The position numbers were made by a program, and so were the translations under genes. Below, in pieces: positions 17,495 to 25,971 of a DNA stretch of 64,000 bases. This DNA is from an uncultured Chitinophagaceae bacterium (GTDB lineage: Bacteria; Bacteroidota; Bacteroidia; Chitinophagales; Chitinophagaceae), in NCBI GenBank assembly GCA_963779595.1, contig CAVZYY010000005.1:636640-700639 (forward strand). Direction: 5' to 3'. The notes under the pieces are model-generated. The model was not told the DNA's origin and searched no databases. It saw nothing but the letters and a program-made list of their open reading frames with translations. The stretch's first letter is position 1. Each line of letters begins with the position of its first letter.

Positions 17495-18653
17495 TGATAA
17501 GTTGGGCTACGTTTAAGGAATAAGTGCAATGATGTTCATTTTCTAAATCCTGATAAAAACCAGTCATTTTTTTCCATTTGATTACTGCAAATGTTGCATT
17601 CAGCGCATTTAAATCCGCAATCTGGATATTGGTAGAATAATCATTATCATCATTATCTGCACTAGAAACTCTTTTAGATAAATGATCATTTTTTAAAGAT
17701 GTTCCAGAGGTTAATCTAATTGTTCCAATTAAAAAATCGTCAACAATATTTACACCTAACCCCACATCTATAAAAGTAATTCCTACCTTAAGCAAATGAT
17801 CCATTATGCGTTTTCTAATAACATTTTTATCAACGCATATAAAAACATAAGTCATCTGATCTAATTCAGAAAGATTATTTTCGTCAATAAAATTAACATG
17901 CGGAATAATACCCTTATGCATTTTAGAGTAAATGTCTGCATAGTACTCCACTTTTTTCATTTTCTTATCCAATTGCTCAGTTGAAGCCGCGCCTGGTGAA
18001 CGAAATGCATTGTGCTGAAGGAAATCATCACCGTCAAATAGGTGAATTTCTTGAACTGGCGTTTTAGCAATTAAATCCAAAATGTATGCTCCAGTACCCC
18101 CTAATCCGATAATAGCTATTTTTTGACCATTGAATTTTGAATTCATAACGTTTACATTCGCTCTACTAGAATTTGTGTCTAAATAATTAAAGATGCTTTG
18201 AGTATCTTCATCCGGAATTACTTTAAATGTTTTTTCTGTTAGTGTATTATCAAGAGACTTTGCTGGTGAAGAGATGATTTCCGAATATCTGGAGATCTTA
18301 TGATAATAATCAGTATAGCCGCTAGGTGGTTTATTTGAAAACGTATGATTTACTGTAACCCCATCATATAATTTTGTTTCTTGACTTTGATGTTGTATTT
18401 GAGAAATAATGCTACCATCTTTATTACAGGGATACTCACCAATGAAATTTATGACATGAGTTTTAGGTCGAGTCGTCAGTATATTACTGCTTAAAGTAAG
18501 TTCGCTAACTAAAGTGCCATATTTAACTTCTCTTAAGTTATTTACATAAGGGATATGGTGTACAAGTAAATACCCCCCTTTGATTTCTATTTCATACCCA
18601 TCATCTCTTAGTCGTTTTAAGTCAGGACTATGACTTATCAGTTGCTGTGACAT
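17475..18653 (-). CDS. ThiF/E1-family adenylyltransferase with N-terminal DUF6791-type (putative E2-like) domain
   Basis: IAIIGLGGTG, HLFDGDD, HNAFR, KVE, FICVDK..R, FIDVG; N-domain SPDLKRLRDDGY..HIPYVN..HVINFIGEYPC(76)..FSNKP..Y.DYYHK. Confidence 0.88.
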   Translation of the reverse strand: MSQQLISHSPDLKRLRDDGYEIEIKGGYLLVHHIPYVNNLREVKYGTLVSELTLSSNILTTRPKTHVINFIGEYPCNKDGSIISQIQHQSQETKLYDGVTVNHTFSNKPPSGYTDYYHKISRYSEIISSPAKSLDNTLTEKTFKVIPDEDTQSIFNYLDTNSSRANVNVMNSKFNGQKIAIIGLGGTGAYILDLIAKTPVQEIHLFDGDDFLQHNAFRSPGAASTEQLDKKMKKVEYYADIYSKMHKGIIPHVNFIDENNLSELDQMTYVFICVDKNVIRKRIMDHLLKVGITFIDVGLGVNIVDDFLIGTIRLTSGTSLKNDHLSKRVSSADNDDNDYSTNIQIADLNALNATFAVIKWKKMTGFYQDLENEHHCTYSLNVAQLINEDLTT

Positions 18654-19104
18654 TGAAAATCATTTTATTTTTTACACAAACCTTATCACCTTTAACCATT
18701 GTACCTTGTTGATTTGAGTCAGGCCCTCCTTTATAAGTAACGGTATAAATAGTATTCGGATTCTCTACGATAGTACCAAAGGCCAATATTACAACCTGTT
18801 CAAAAGAAATCTCATTCTCTTGCCAGGGCTTCTCTCTGCCATTAACAATAATAACCACTTGAGTAGGTTTTTCTTTTGAAAAAAAATGTTCTAATCCAGG
18901 TCTAGCCAAATCAATCTGTGTATCGTCAAGTATTGATTCATCTTTCCATGGTTCTTTTATTCTAAGGAAAATTTCATCTTCTTTTGCAATATTGCCCAAC
19001 TTTCTGACTTCGGAACCAGTGATATATTGTTGATGCCATTCATACTCTTTTCCATTAATTACTAAATGAAGAGTGTGATTACCATGTTCTTTTTCGTGTG
19101 ACAT
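18628..19104 (-). CDS. Multi-ubiquitin domain protein (two beta-grasp Ubl domains)
   Basis: LVINGKEYEW..ITGSEVRKLG..IDLARPGLEHFFS and IIVNGREKPW..ISFEQVVILAF..YTVTY..GDKVCVKNKMIFNVTATDKS; overlaps E1 start by 26 nt. Confidence 0.85.
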   Translation of the reverse strand: MSHEKEHGNHTLHLVINGKEYEWHQQYITGSEVRKLGNIAKEDEIFLRIKEPWKDESILDDTQIDLARPGLEHFFSKEKPTQVVIIVNGREKPWQENEISFEQVVILAFGTIVENPNTIYTVTYKGGPDSNQQGTMVKGDKVCVKNKMIFNVTATDKS

Positions 19105-19138
19105 AATTTAAAATTTAAAAATTGTTGATAATTATATT

Positions 19139-20749
19139 TTAATCTTCGTTTTCCAGCTTGATATTATATTTCGAAATAATTTTCAGAACTCTTTCGTCTT
19201 TAAATTTTTTATAAATATTCTGATCTTTAATAAAAGTTTCAACCATTTTAGAATCAAGTTGTAATGCTTTTTCGAGATTTAAATAAAATTCATTCTTGTT
19301 ATTAATATGAGCGTTAATTTCCGCTAAGGCAAGAAATGCTTCTACAAATTTAGAATCATATGCAAGTGCCTGATAGATATCATCCAAGGCTGATAAGTAG
19401 TTACCAAACTTAATGTTAACATTGGCCCTCCCGGTATAGCCAATAGGATTTTCAGCGTCCATTAGAATTACTTCGTTGTAATAAGAAAGGGCCTTATTAT
19501 AATTATCCTCGCGAGTAAAAATTTCTGCTAATCCGAGTTTTGCATTCATTTGATTCTTATCCCATCCAAGAATTATTTCGAAGGTGTTTTTTGCATTTTT
19601 ATAATCTTTCAATTTACATTGAGCTTGTCCCTTCATCTCATAAGCTGGTATATTCGAAGTATCTAAATTAATAGCAGAATCACAATTATTTACGACCTGA
19701 TTCCAATCCCCAAGTCTATTGTAAATTGTTGCTCTATAAAGAAAAAACTCACTGTTTGCATCATTTAATTCAATCGCTTTGTCAATATATTGCAACTTAT
19801 TTATGTCCGATGTCTCAATAAGAGCTTTTTCATATTCCATTTTTGAATCCTTAATACTCTTAAATCTATTTTTCTCTTCGGGTTTTAAATCATCAATTGT
19901 TAATTTTTCAAATAACTTTAGATAATCAAGAGATATTTGAGCAACTTTTTCATCTTTCTCATAAGCAATTTTTATTTGTTCATTTAACTCTAAGTCTCTA
20001 TCTGAATGTATAATATTTACGTTATCAATCAAGTTATCAAACTCTCTTAAAATCTTAGTAATTAAATTCTGTTCTCTCTCTTGATCCTCTGGTTCATTCG
20101 TAAAAGGCACACGACTTAACACAAACGTAACTTTTGGGATTTTCCCTACAATTACATTATTAGGGTTAGTAATACTTCTTATAATTTTCTTTGCCCCCTC
20201 CAAATTTTCTCTATTGTTGGCAGCAACAATTACTACTTCATCAGCAAGAAGAGATAAAGTAATTCCAGACATTTCAGAAATGCCAGTTCTTGAGTCAACT
20301 AATAAATAATCAGGAGAAAATTGCTTTCTTATTTTTTCTTTTAAATCCAAAAGAAATGTTAGCCCTGTGGAATTTTCGTAAAGTAAATCATACCAATTAA
20401 TTGAGGAAAGTTTTTTCCAATAGTCAGGAGAGTTAATATTCCCCGCTGGTATCAGTGTTGTATAATATGATTTAGGGGAATTTAAAAACGGATAAGAAAA
20501 TTCAGCTAAACTAGCCGCTAAACTACCGGTATTTGTAAATTGGTATACATAATCCACTATTCCTTTATCTATTACTATTTTTTGCTCTTTTAAATAAGAG
20601 GCAAACTTATAATCCAGTCCTGGAGCCTCTAGATCAAAATCTAATAGACAAACTCGCTTTCCAAATTCCGCAAGTCGTGAAGCAATAGTGGCTAAAGCCA
20701 AAGATCTGCCAACGCCACCTTTATACGAATAAAAAGTTATGGTTTTCAT
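19139..20749 (-). CDS. ParA/MinD-type ATPase (KGGVGR variant) fused to TPR repeats
   Basis: TITFYSYKGGVGRS, LLDFDLEAPGL, LIPAG, YLLVDSRTG; C-terminal TPRs (KAIELNDANSEFFLYRATIY, AYEMKGQAQ, GYTGRANVNIKFGNYLSALDD). Confidence 0.85.
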   Translation of the reverse strand: MKTITFYSYKGGVGRSLALATIASRLAEFGKRVCLLDFDLEAPGLDYKFASYLKEQKIVIDKGIVDYVYQFTNTGSLAASLAEFSYPFLNSPKSYYTTLIPAGNINSPDYWKKLSSINWYDLLYENSTGLTFLLDLKEKIRKQFSPDYLLVDSRTGISEMSGITLSLLADEVVIVAANNRENLEGAKKIIRSITNPNNVIVGKIPKVTFVLSRVPFTNEPEDQEREQNLITKILREFDNLIDNVNIIHSDRDLELNEQIKIAYEKDEKVAQISLDYLKLFEKLTIDDLKPEEKNRFKSIKDSKMEYEKALIETSDINKLQYIDKAIELNDANSEFFLYRATIYNRLGDWNQVVNNCDSAINLDTSNIPAYEMKGQAQCKLKDYKNAKNTFEIILGWDKNQMNAKLGLAEIFTREDNYNKALSYYNEVILMDAENPIGYTGRANVNIKFGNYLSALDDIYQALAYDSKFVEAFLALAEINAHINNKNEFYLNLEKALQLDSKMVETFIKDQNIYKKFKDERVLKIISKYNIKLENED

Positions 20750-20758
20750 TATTACAAT

Positions 20759-21280
20759 TTAAAAATGTATAAGAGTTCCGTTTTCTTTTATTTTATTAAA
20801 CCCATTTAATATCTCTTCTGTATTGAATTCACCAAAACAATCAAATTCTGGTTGTGCGATTTTTACCTTAATTGGTCCAACATTTATATTAAGAGCTGAT
20901 GCAACTTCATTAATTCTAGCAATACTGGCAGTTGAATAATTACACAACTCATATCGTTGAATTTGCTGTTCTTTTAGTTCAAGACGTTTTGCAAGTTCAG
21001 CGTGAGTCCAACCTTTAATAATTCTAACTTTAATTAGTGCTTCATAAAAATTTGGCAATGACTCTATACATATCTGATTTATTTGTCCATCTTTTAAAAA
21101 TTCGTATTCTTTAATTTCTTTTTCAAATTGAGCGATTTGACTTCTAATAGAATCCTCTTCAATTTTTCTATAAATTGGACCTAGATTATTTTCACTATCA
21201 TTAAGTATTTCAGAAAGAGTATCTTCAAACTCTTTTAATCTATTTTTTGTTACTTGGTATTGTTTATCATTTTTGATCAT
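20759..21280 (-). CDS. XRE-family HTH regulator / HigA-like antitoxin
   Basis: MIKNDKQY N-terminal coil; LIKVRIIKGWTHAELAKRLELKEQQIQRYE. Confidence 0.85.
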   Translation of the reverse strand: MIKNDKQYQVTKNRLKEFEDTLSEILNDSENNLGPIYRKIEEDSIRSQIAQFEKEIKEYEFLKDGQINQICIESLPNFYEALIKVRIIKGWTHAELAKRLELKEQQIQRYELCNYSTASIARINEVASALNINVGPIKVKIAQPEFDCFGEFNTEEILNGFNKIKENGTLIHF

Positions 21281-21291
21281 AATATTTAATT

Positions 21292-21702
21292 TTAAATATT
21301 CAATTTTATAATACCTTTTATATTATCTTCTTTATCTTTTTGGAAAAAGGGAAGATATCTAGGAGAAGGAAATAATTCACCACCATATCGGGCTTTTTGT
21401 TTTTTCGTGTCTGGAAGGAATTCCATTAAAATGGGAAATTCAGCAGAGAATTTCAGAAAATCCACTCCTGCTGGATCCCAACATGCGTCGAAATCATTCG
21501 GATGGCTTTTTTTTGATACAAAACTCCCATCAACATAAAGTGTTTTACAACCCAATGATTTTAATTCATTCATAGCTTTTTCCAGACCAGAAATTAACTT
21601 TAATCTGTGTTTATTATATCCATATTCTTTTATAAATTCTTCCCATGTTAAGAGATAAATCCCTGGCTGTAAATTTCCGTTTGTTTGATAAAGTAACGAC
21701 AT
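21292..21702 (-). CDS. DUF6932-type minimal nucleotidyltransferase
   Basis: GNLQPGIY, LYVDGSFVSKKSHPNDFD (GS..DxD Pol-beta motif), KGII; ATG 21702 preferred to TTG 21708. Confidence 0.8.
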   Translation of the reverse strand: MSLLYQTNGNLQPGIYLLTWEEFIKEYGYNKHRLKLISGLEKAMNELKSLGCKTLYVDGSFVSKKSHPNDFDACWDPAGVDFLKFSAEFPILMEFLPDTKKQKARYGGELFPSPRYLPFFQKDKEDNIKGIIKLNI

Positions 21703-21759
21703 TCCCAATGATTTTGTTGTGAATTATTCATATTAACCTCCTTTCGTATTTAATAAAGG

Positions 21760-21812
21760 CAAAGGTAAGGAATAAAAGCAATTCATCACAACAATTTTGT
21801 TGTGATGAATTG
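21760..21812 (-). promoter_or_regulatory. Operon promoter (-7 TACCTTTG, -33 TTG) overlapped by a 16-bp palindromic operator
   Basis: caaaggta 21760-21767 (minus TACCTTTG); caa 21789-21791, 21 nt upstream; caattcatcacaacaa-tt-ttgttgtgatgaattg 21779-21812. Confidence 0.7.
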
Positions 21813-21956
21813 TTAACATTATAAGGCATTGCTTTACAGCCGTATAGGTGTACTTAATCTTAGTGGAAAGCTTTATCTACCTTTCTTTAGTGCTCCGTCG
21901 AGTGGCTGTATCAAATAAAATCGTACTTCTGTCACATATTGGTTCTATAGCCGCAT

Positions 21957-21991
21957 AAAAAAACCGGAAATGCTTGTTAGCATTCCGGTTT
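21957..21991 (-). terminator. Intrinsic terminator after tRNA-Arg
   Basis: aaaccggaaatgct-tgtt-agcattccggttt with A run on +. Confidence 0.8.
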
Positions 21992-21992
21992 G

Positions 21993-22064
21993 TAGTCCCG
22001 ACAAGAATCGAACTTGTATCTAAAGTTTAGGAAACTTCTATTCTATCCATTGAACTACGGGACC
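21993..22064 (-). tRNA. tRNA-Arg(CCT)
   Basis: Minus strand GGTCCCG TAGTTCAATGGATAGAAT A GAAGT-TTCCTAA-ACTTT AGAT ACAAG-TTCGATT-CTTGT CGGGACT A; no encoded CCA; TACTTTTG -7 box at 22149-22156. Confidence 0.95.
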
Positions 22065-22067
22065 AGA

Positions 22068-22240
22068 CGAATTTCGAACAAGGAACAAGGAATATCGAAC
22101 AAGGAAGTTGAACAGGAATTCCGGTGTTGAATGTTGATTTTCGGATGGCAAAAGTAATGCTTTCTTTTATTTTGGGACCAGGGAATGCGGATTTGTTGAA
22201 ATATAGCCGTCAAAACCCGTAACTCTTAACCCGCAACTTA
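22068..22240. repeat. Degenerate 7-mer tandem repeats
   Basis: gaatttc gaacaag gaacaag gaatatc gaacaag gaag; aacccgt aactctt aacccgc aact. Confidence 0.55.
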
Positions 22241-23460
22241 CCTTCAACCCACCTGTTCAGTATATTATAAGGAAACTCCAGTACGATCTTGTAAAAGCGG
22301 GATGGATATTTACTTATATCAACATCTGCAAAAGCGTTTTTCACCGGTACCTCACCCATTAAATGATAATCATCCTCCTGCCCGTTCTTAAAATTGTTGG
22401 TAGTGCTGAGCCATATTTTTACGCTGCCCGAATCATTCAATGGTTTCCAGCTTATTTGTATGCGGTCGTTCTTTAATATTGCCGAAGGATTGGTCGCGGA
22501 CATATTCCCGGTCAACGAAACGCCGTCTATTTCAAAGCGGCGGCTGGCGGGAATATCGATACCAAGGAAGGCCGCAATGGAAGGCATGATATCCGTAATG
22601 GCCGGCCGGCCTTTTAAAAAATGCGCATTCAGGTTCCTGGCATTCGTAGCGATCCAGGTGGTTCTTTCGCGGTCCGACTGGCCGCCATGATCATAGCCCG
22701 TTGTATCCCGGCCATGATCGGTGGTTATATAGATCTGCCATTCTTCATCAAAGTTTTTTTCGCGCCATTCAATGGCTTTTCTTAACCTGCCTATTTGTTT
22801 GTCCAGTTTCAGCACGGCATCTTCCAACAATGCACTGTTCCCATGGCGGTGGCCCATTTCATCGGTGTATTCCAGGTAGATCCAGGACAGGTCGGGCGCA
22901 TTTTCCCGGATCCCTTTGGCAGCGGCATCCGTCACCGCCTCATCGATCGGGTGAAAAAAATAGCCGGCGGTGTCGTGCGGGAAATGGATGGTATCCAGTT
23001 CCAGGCCGTCATAATAATAGTCGGGTTGTAAATTGCCGGCTGCCGCGGCTTCACTGCCCACCAGCTTGGTGCGGTTATCGAGCCAGGATGAATAAACGGC
23101 TGTTTTCTTTTGAGGGTATTGGGTTTTGAGGAAGCGGAAAATATTCCAATAGTTGTAATTGGGCGCCGCAATATCATTGCCCCAGACATTATGCTTGTTC
23201 ACCCAGGTGCCGGTGAGCAGGCAATTATATCCAACGGCGGAGATGGTGGGCGATTCGGTATAAGTTCCTTTTTCTCCACCAACATAGGCCCGCACAAAAC
23301 CGCCCCTGCTGTACAAGGCTTTCAGCTCGGGCATGGGCAGCCTTTCAATAAGATCGGCCGGTATGCCGTCTGCAATTACAAAAACGGCTTTATGGGCTTT
23401 TTGGGCAGGGAGTTGAGCTGACCAAAAAAGTAATATCGCGATGATGAAATGACGGGGCAT
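22210..23460 (-). CDS. Alkaline phosphatase superfamily (nucleotide pyrophosphatase/phosphodiesterase) protein, secreted
   Basis: [41 protein letters not shown]. Confidence 0.88.
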   Translation of the reverse strand: MPRHFIIAILLFWSAQLPAQKAHKAVFVIADGIPADLIERLPMPELKALYSRGGFVRAYVGGEKGTYTESPTISAVGYNCLLTGTWVNKHNVWGNDIAAPNYNYWNIFRFLKTQYPQKKTAVYSSWLDNRTKLVGSEAAAAGNLQPDYYYDGLELDTIHFPHDTAGYFFHPIDEAVTDAAAKGIRENAPDLSWIYLEYTDEMGHRHGNSALLEDAVLKLDKQIGRLRKAIEWREKNFDEEWQIYITTDHGRDTTGYDHGGQSDRERTTWIATNARNLNAHFLKGRPAITDIMPSIAAFLGIDIPASRRFEIDGVSLTGNMSATNPSAILKNDRIQISWKPLNDSGSVKIWLSTTNNFKNGQEDDYHLMGEVPVKNAFADVDISKYPSRFYKIVLEFPYNILNRWVEGKLRVKSYGF

Positions 23461-23541
23461 AAAATACTTTGAATGATGATATCAAATTTACCGGGATTTG
23501 CGCAATAGTAAATAACGGATTGTCGTCCTTCGACCACTGTC

Positions 23542-23683
23542 ATTGGCGCAGGTCTCCCGACCTGTGCCTTCCGTCACTTCTTTCCATCGCTAATTTTTTA
23601 TTGGATAGAGCTGAGAATGGGTTGGGTATGTAATTGAAAAGCCCAAGTAACAACCAGGCACAGGTCAGGAGACCTGCGCCAAT
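23542..23683. repeat. REPIN-like inverted pair
   Basis: attggcgcaggtctcccgacctgtgcct (23542-23569) vs aggcacaggtcaggagacctgcgccaat (23656-23683), 1 mismatch. Confidence 0.8.
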
Positions 23684-23684
23684 C

Positions 23685-23996
23685 AGTACATAACCGGCAT
23701 TCGACAACCCCTCGGCAATCCTTCGACAAGCTCAGGATGACATCACGGGGCATCGGGGTGATATTGTTTGTCAGGTTGAGCTTGTCGAAACCGGATCATT
23801 TAGTACATAACCCGCTTTCGATAACCCTTCGGCAATCCTTCGACAAGCTCAGGATGACATCACGGTGCATCGGGGTGATATTGTTTGTCAGGTTGAGCTT
23901 GTCGAAACCGGATCATTTAGTACATAACCCGCTTTCGATAACCCTTCGGCAATCCTTCGACAAGCTCAGGATGACATCAAGGGGCATCAGGGTGAC
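23685..23996. repeat. 117-bp tandem repeat (~2.7 copies) of paired module-E palindromes (BIME-like)
   Basis: agtacataacc at 23685, 23802, 23919; each unit has cttcgacaagctcaggatgaca and tgtcaggttgagcttgtcgaa. Confidence 0.9.
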
Positions 23997-24052
23997 AACC
24001 GTTACTCATTTCAATCATTTCAACTAAATTTAATCAGCAAAAAACAACACCC

Positions 24053-24970
24053 ATGCTGGACCTTGTCATCGAAGCACGCAAAGCATCCATTGCACCGGGC
24101 ATGGAAGTGCGCCGGATCCTGCCTTTCCGCCTGCGCCGGATGGTGGGGCCGTTCATATTCATGGATCATGCGGGCCCGGTGAACGTCGCGGCAGGAACCG
24201 CTTCCAATATGGATGTATTACCACACCCGCATATCGGTCTATCAACGGTCAGCTATTTATTCGGCGGGCAGGTAACCCACCGCGATAGTCTCGGCGTGGA
24301 ACAGGTGATCCGCCCGGGCGAAGTGAACTGGATGACCGCGGGAAGTGGTATCGCCCATTCAGAAAGGTTTGAGGATCCGGCTGCCCTCGCCGGAGGCCAA
24401 CTGGAAATGATCCAGACCTGGGTGGCCCTGCCGGAAAAAGCTGAGGAAGCTGCTCCTTCATTCAATAATTACAGTCCGGTTGAATTGCCCATATTTACTG
24501 ATAAAGGTATCTGGATGCGGCTGATCGCCGGAAATGCTTATGGTTTGAATAATGAAGTGAAAACACATTCACCGCTTTTTTATGTACATGTGATGCTTGA
24601 CGCAGCAACAAGGTTTGCTTTGCCAAAACAGCATTCCGAGCGGGCGCTCTATATTGTAAAAGGTAAGATTGAATTATCCGGTATTACTTACGGTGAAGGA
24701 CAAATGCTTGTTTTCACGAAGGGCGTGGACCCGGTGATCACTGCCAAAGAAAATTCCACGCTCATGCTGATGGGCGGCGAACCCCTCGGCGAGCGGTTTA
24801 TCTGGTGGAATTTCGTGTCCTCGCGAAAGGAACGCATCGAACAGGCCAAGGCAGACTGGCAGGAAGGCCGGATCATTTTGCCGCCTTCGGATAATAAGGA
24901 ATTCATCCCGCTTCCGAAAGACCGATCAAAACCGGCGGGATCCGCACCGCCGCCTGAGTTACTTTCATAG
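24053..24970 (+). CDS. Pirin family protein
   Basis: VRRILP..VGPFIFMDH, PHPHIGLSTVSYLF, HRDSLG, WMTAGSGIAHSE, WWNFVSS. Confidence 0.95.
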   Translation: MLDLVIEARKASIAPGMEVRRILPFRLRRMVGPFIFMDHAGPVNVAAGTASNMDVLPHPHIGLSTVSYLFGGQVTHRDSLGVEQVIRPGEVNWMTAGSGIAHSERFEDPAALAGGQLEMIQTWVALPEKAEEAAPSFNNYSPVELPIFTDKGIWMRLIAGNAYGLNNEVKTHSPLFYVHVMLDAATRFALPKQHSERALYIVKGKIELSGITYGEGQMLVFTKGVDPVITAKENSTLMLMGGEPLGERFIWWNFVSSRKERIEQAKADWQEGRIILPPSDNKEFIPLPKDRSKPAGSAPPPELLS

Positions 24971-24984
24971 CCTGCTGGTTCCTG

Positions 24985-25092
24985 GTTCATAGTTCATAGT
25001 TTCCCGTTTCCATAACCAGCATCCTGTTAACCCATAACCCGCAAACCATGAACTCTTAACTAAGAACTAGGAACTAAGAACTAGGAACTCTT
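24985..25092. repeat. 7-mer tandem repeats
   Basis: ttcatag x2; aactaag aactagg aactaag aactagg aact. Confidence 0.55.
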
Positions 25093-25121
25093 CTTATCTT
25101 CGCAATCCAAATTTTCAGACT

Positions 25122-25778
25122 ATGAAGTGGATGAATGTTCTCATTAAATACCGCCTGTTACTCGGCGTGTTCCTGCTGGCCCTTGCCATATTTGTAAATT
25201 ACCAGACCAGTTTCTGGCCATCTTTTATCATATATTTTATTGCTGTTATATTAATTGTCGGGCATTTTTTGTTTGGCCCGATGCGGCTTATTCAAACGGC
25301 GATGGAAGAAGGAGATATGGAAGCTGCCAAGAAAATTGTTTCCGGGATACAGTTTCCCGGGCTGCTGATCAAGCCGGTGCGCTCTGTTTATTTTACCATC
25401 AAAGGAAATCTCGACATGGTTGACCAGAATTTTGACAGCGCCGAAAAGAACATGAAAAAAAGCCTTGCCCTTGGCGGCGGCGCCATGACCAAACAGGCTG
25501 AAGGCCCCAACAGGCTGCAGCTTGGAATGCTCAGCATGCAAAAAGGAAATATTAAAGAAGCAGAAGCCTATATCCGCCAGGCCATCCGCGCCGGGCTTCC
25601 TGATAAAGAGAACAATGCCGCAGCCTACCTGCAGTTATGTTCCATCATGATGAATAAAAGGGAATTCCGTGCAGCGAAGGAATATTTCAGGAAAGCAAAG
25701 GGGTTTAAACCTACCACGCCACAGATCGTGGACCAGATAAAGCAGATTGAGAAGTACATTACACGGATGCCGGGGTAG
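25122..25778 (+). CDS. Membrane protein with TPR repeats
   Basis: Two N-terminal TMs; AEKNMKKSL, AEAYIRQAI, AKEYFRKA TPR-like helices. Confidence 0.8.
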   Translation: MKWMNVLIKYRLLLGVFLLALAIFVNYQTSFWPSFIIYFIAVILIVGHFLFGPMRLIQTAMEEGDMEAAKKIVSGIQFPGLLIKPVRSVYFTIKGNLDMVDQNFDSAEKNMKKSLALGGGAMTKQAEGPNRLQLGMLSMQKGNIKEAEAYIRQAIRAGLPDKENNAAAYLQLCSIMMNKREFRAAKEYFRKAKGFKPTTPQIVDQIKQIEKYITRMPG

Positions 25779-25971
25779 GTTGACAGGTTAACTGGTTAAT
25801 AAAGTTGACTGGGACCTCCTTATCAGCCACATCAATCTTATCGACTTTTAGGATTATTAAGGCTATTAGCATTCGGGATACCCCCTTATCAACTCCATCA
25901 ACCCTATCAACTGTTCAACAGCACCCGGGTAACCTCATCATACGTTCCTCATCCTCCGTACCTTTGAACCC

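Larger units (their letters stand above)
13040..21950. mobile_element. AT-rich genomic island next to the 3' end of tRNA-Arg (probable defence island; no integrase in window)
   Basis: Visible switch to AT-rich sequence and codon usage between ~13040 and the tRNA terminator; contains Ubl/E1, NTase-HTH and PIN-like genes; boundaries approximate. Confidence 0.65.

Noticed and set aside
17475-18653. ThiF/MoeB of thiamine or molybdopterin synthesis
   Set aside because: No ThiS/MoaD with GG, no Zn CxxC motifs, an extra N-terminal domain, and island context.
19139-20749. Plasmid or chromosome partition ParA
   Set aside because: KGGVGR variant with TPR fusion; no ParB, parS or replication gene nearby.
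17144-21702. Calling the operon CBASS, Pycsar or canonical BilABCD
   Set aside because: The NTase is only ~136 aa, too small for a CD-NTase; there is no JAB peptidase, no separate E2 gene and no Gly-terminated Ubl.
21648-21731. 27-codon minus-strand uORF (MNNSQQNHWECRYFIKQTEIYSQGFIS) behind AAAGGAGGT, overlapping the NTase start out of frame
   Set aside because: Could be regulatory, but Bacteroidota rarely use Shine-Dalgarno pairing and there is no evidence of conservation; left uncalled.
13040-22064. Prophage or ICE at tRNA-Arg
   Set aside because: No integrase, structural, relaxase or conjugation genes, and no att repeat found.
23685-23996. Regularly spaced repeats as a CRISPR array
   Set aside because: The intervening sequences are also repeated; it is a 117-bp tandem of REP-like palindromes.
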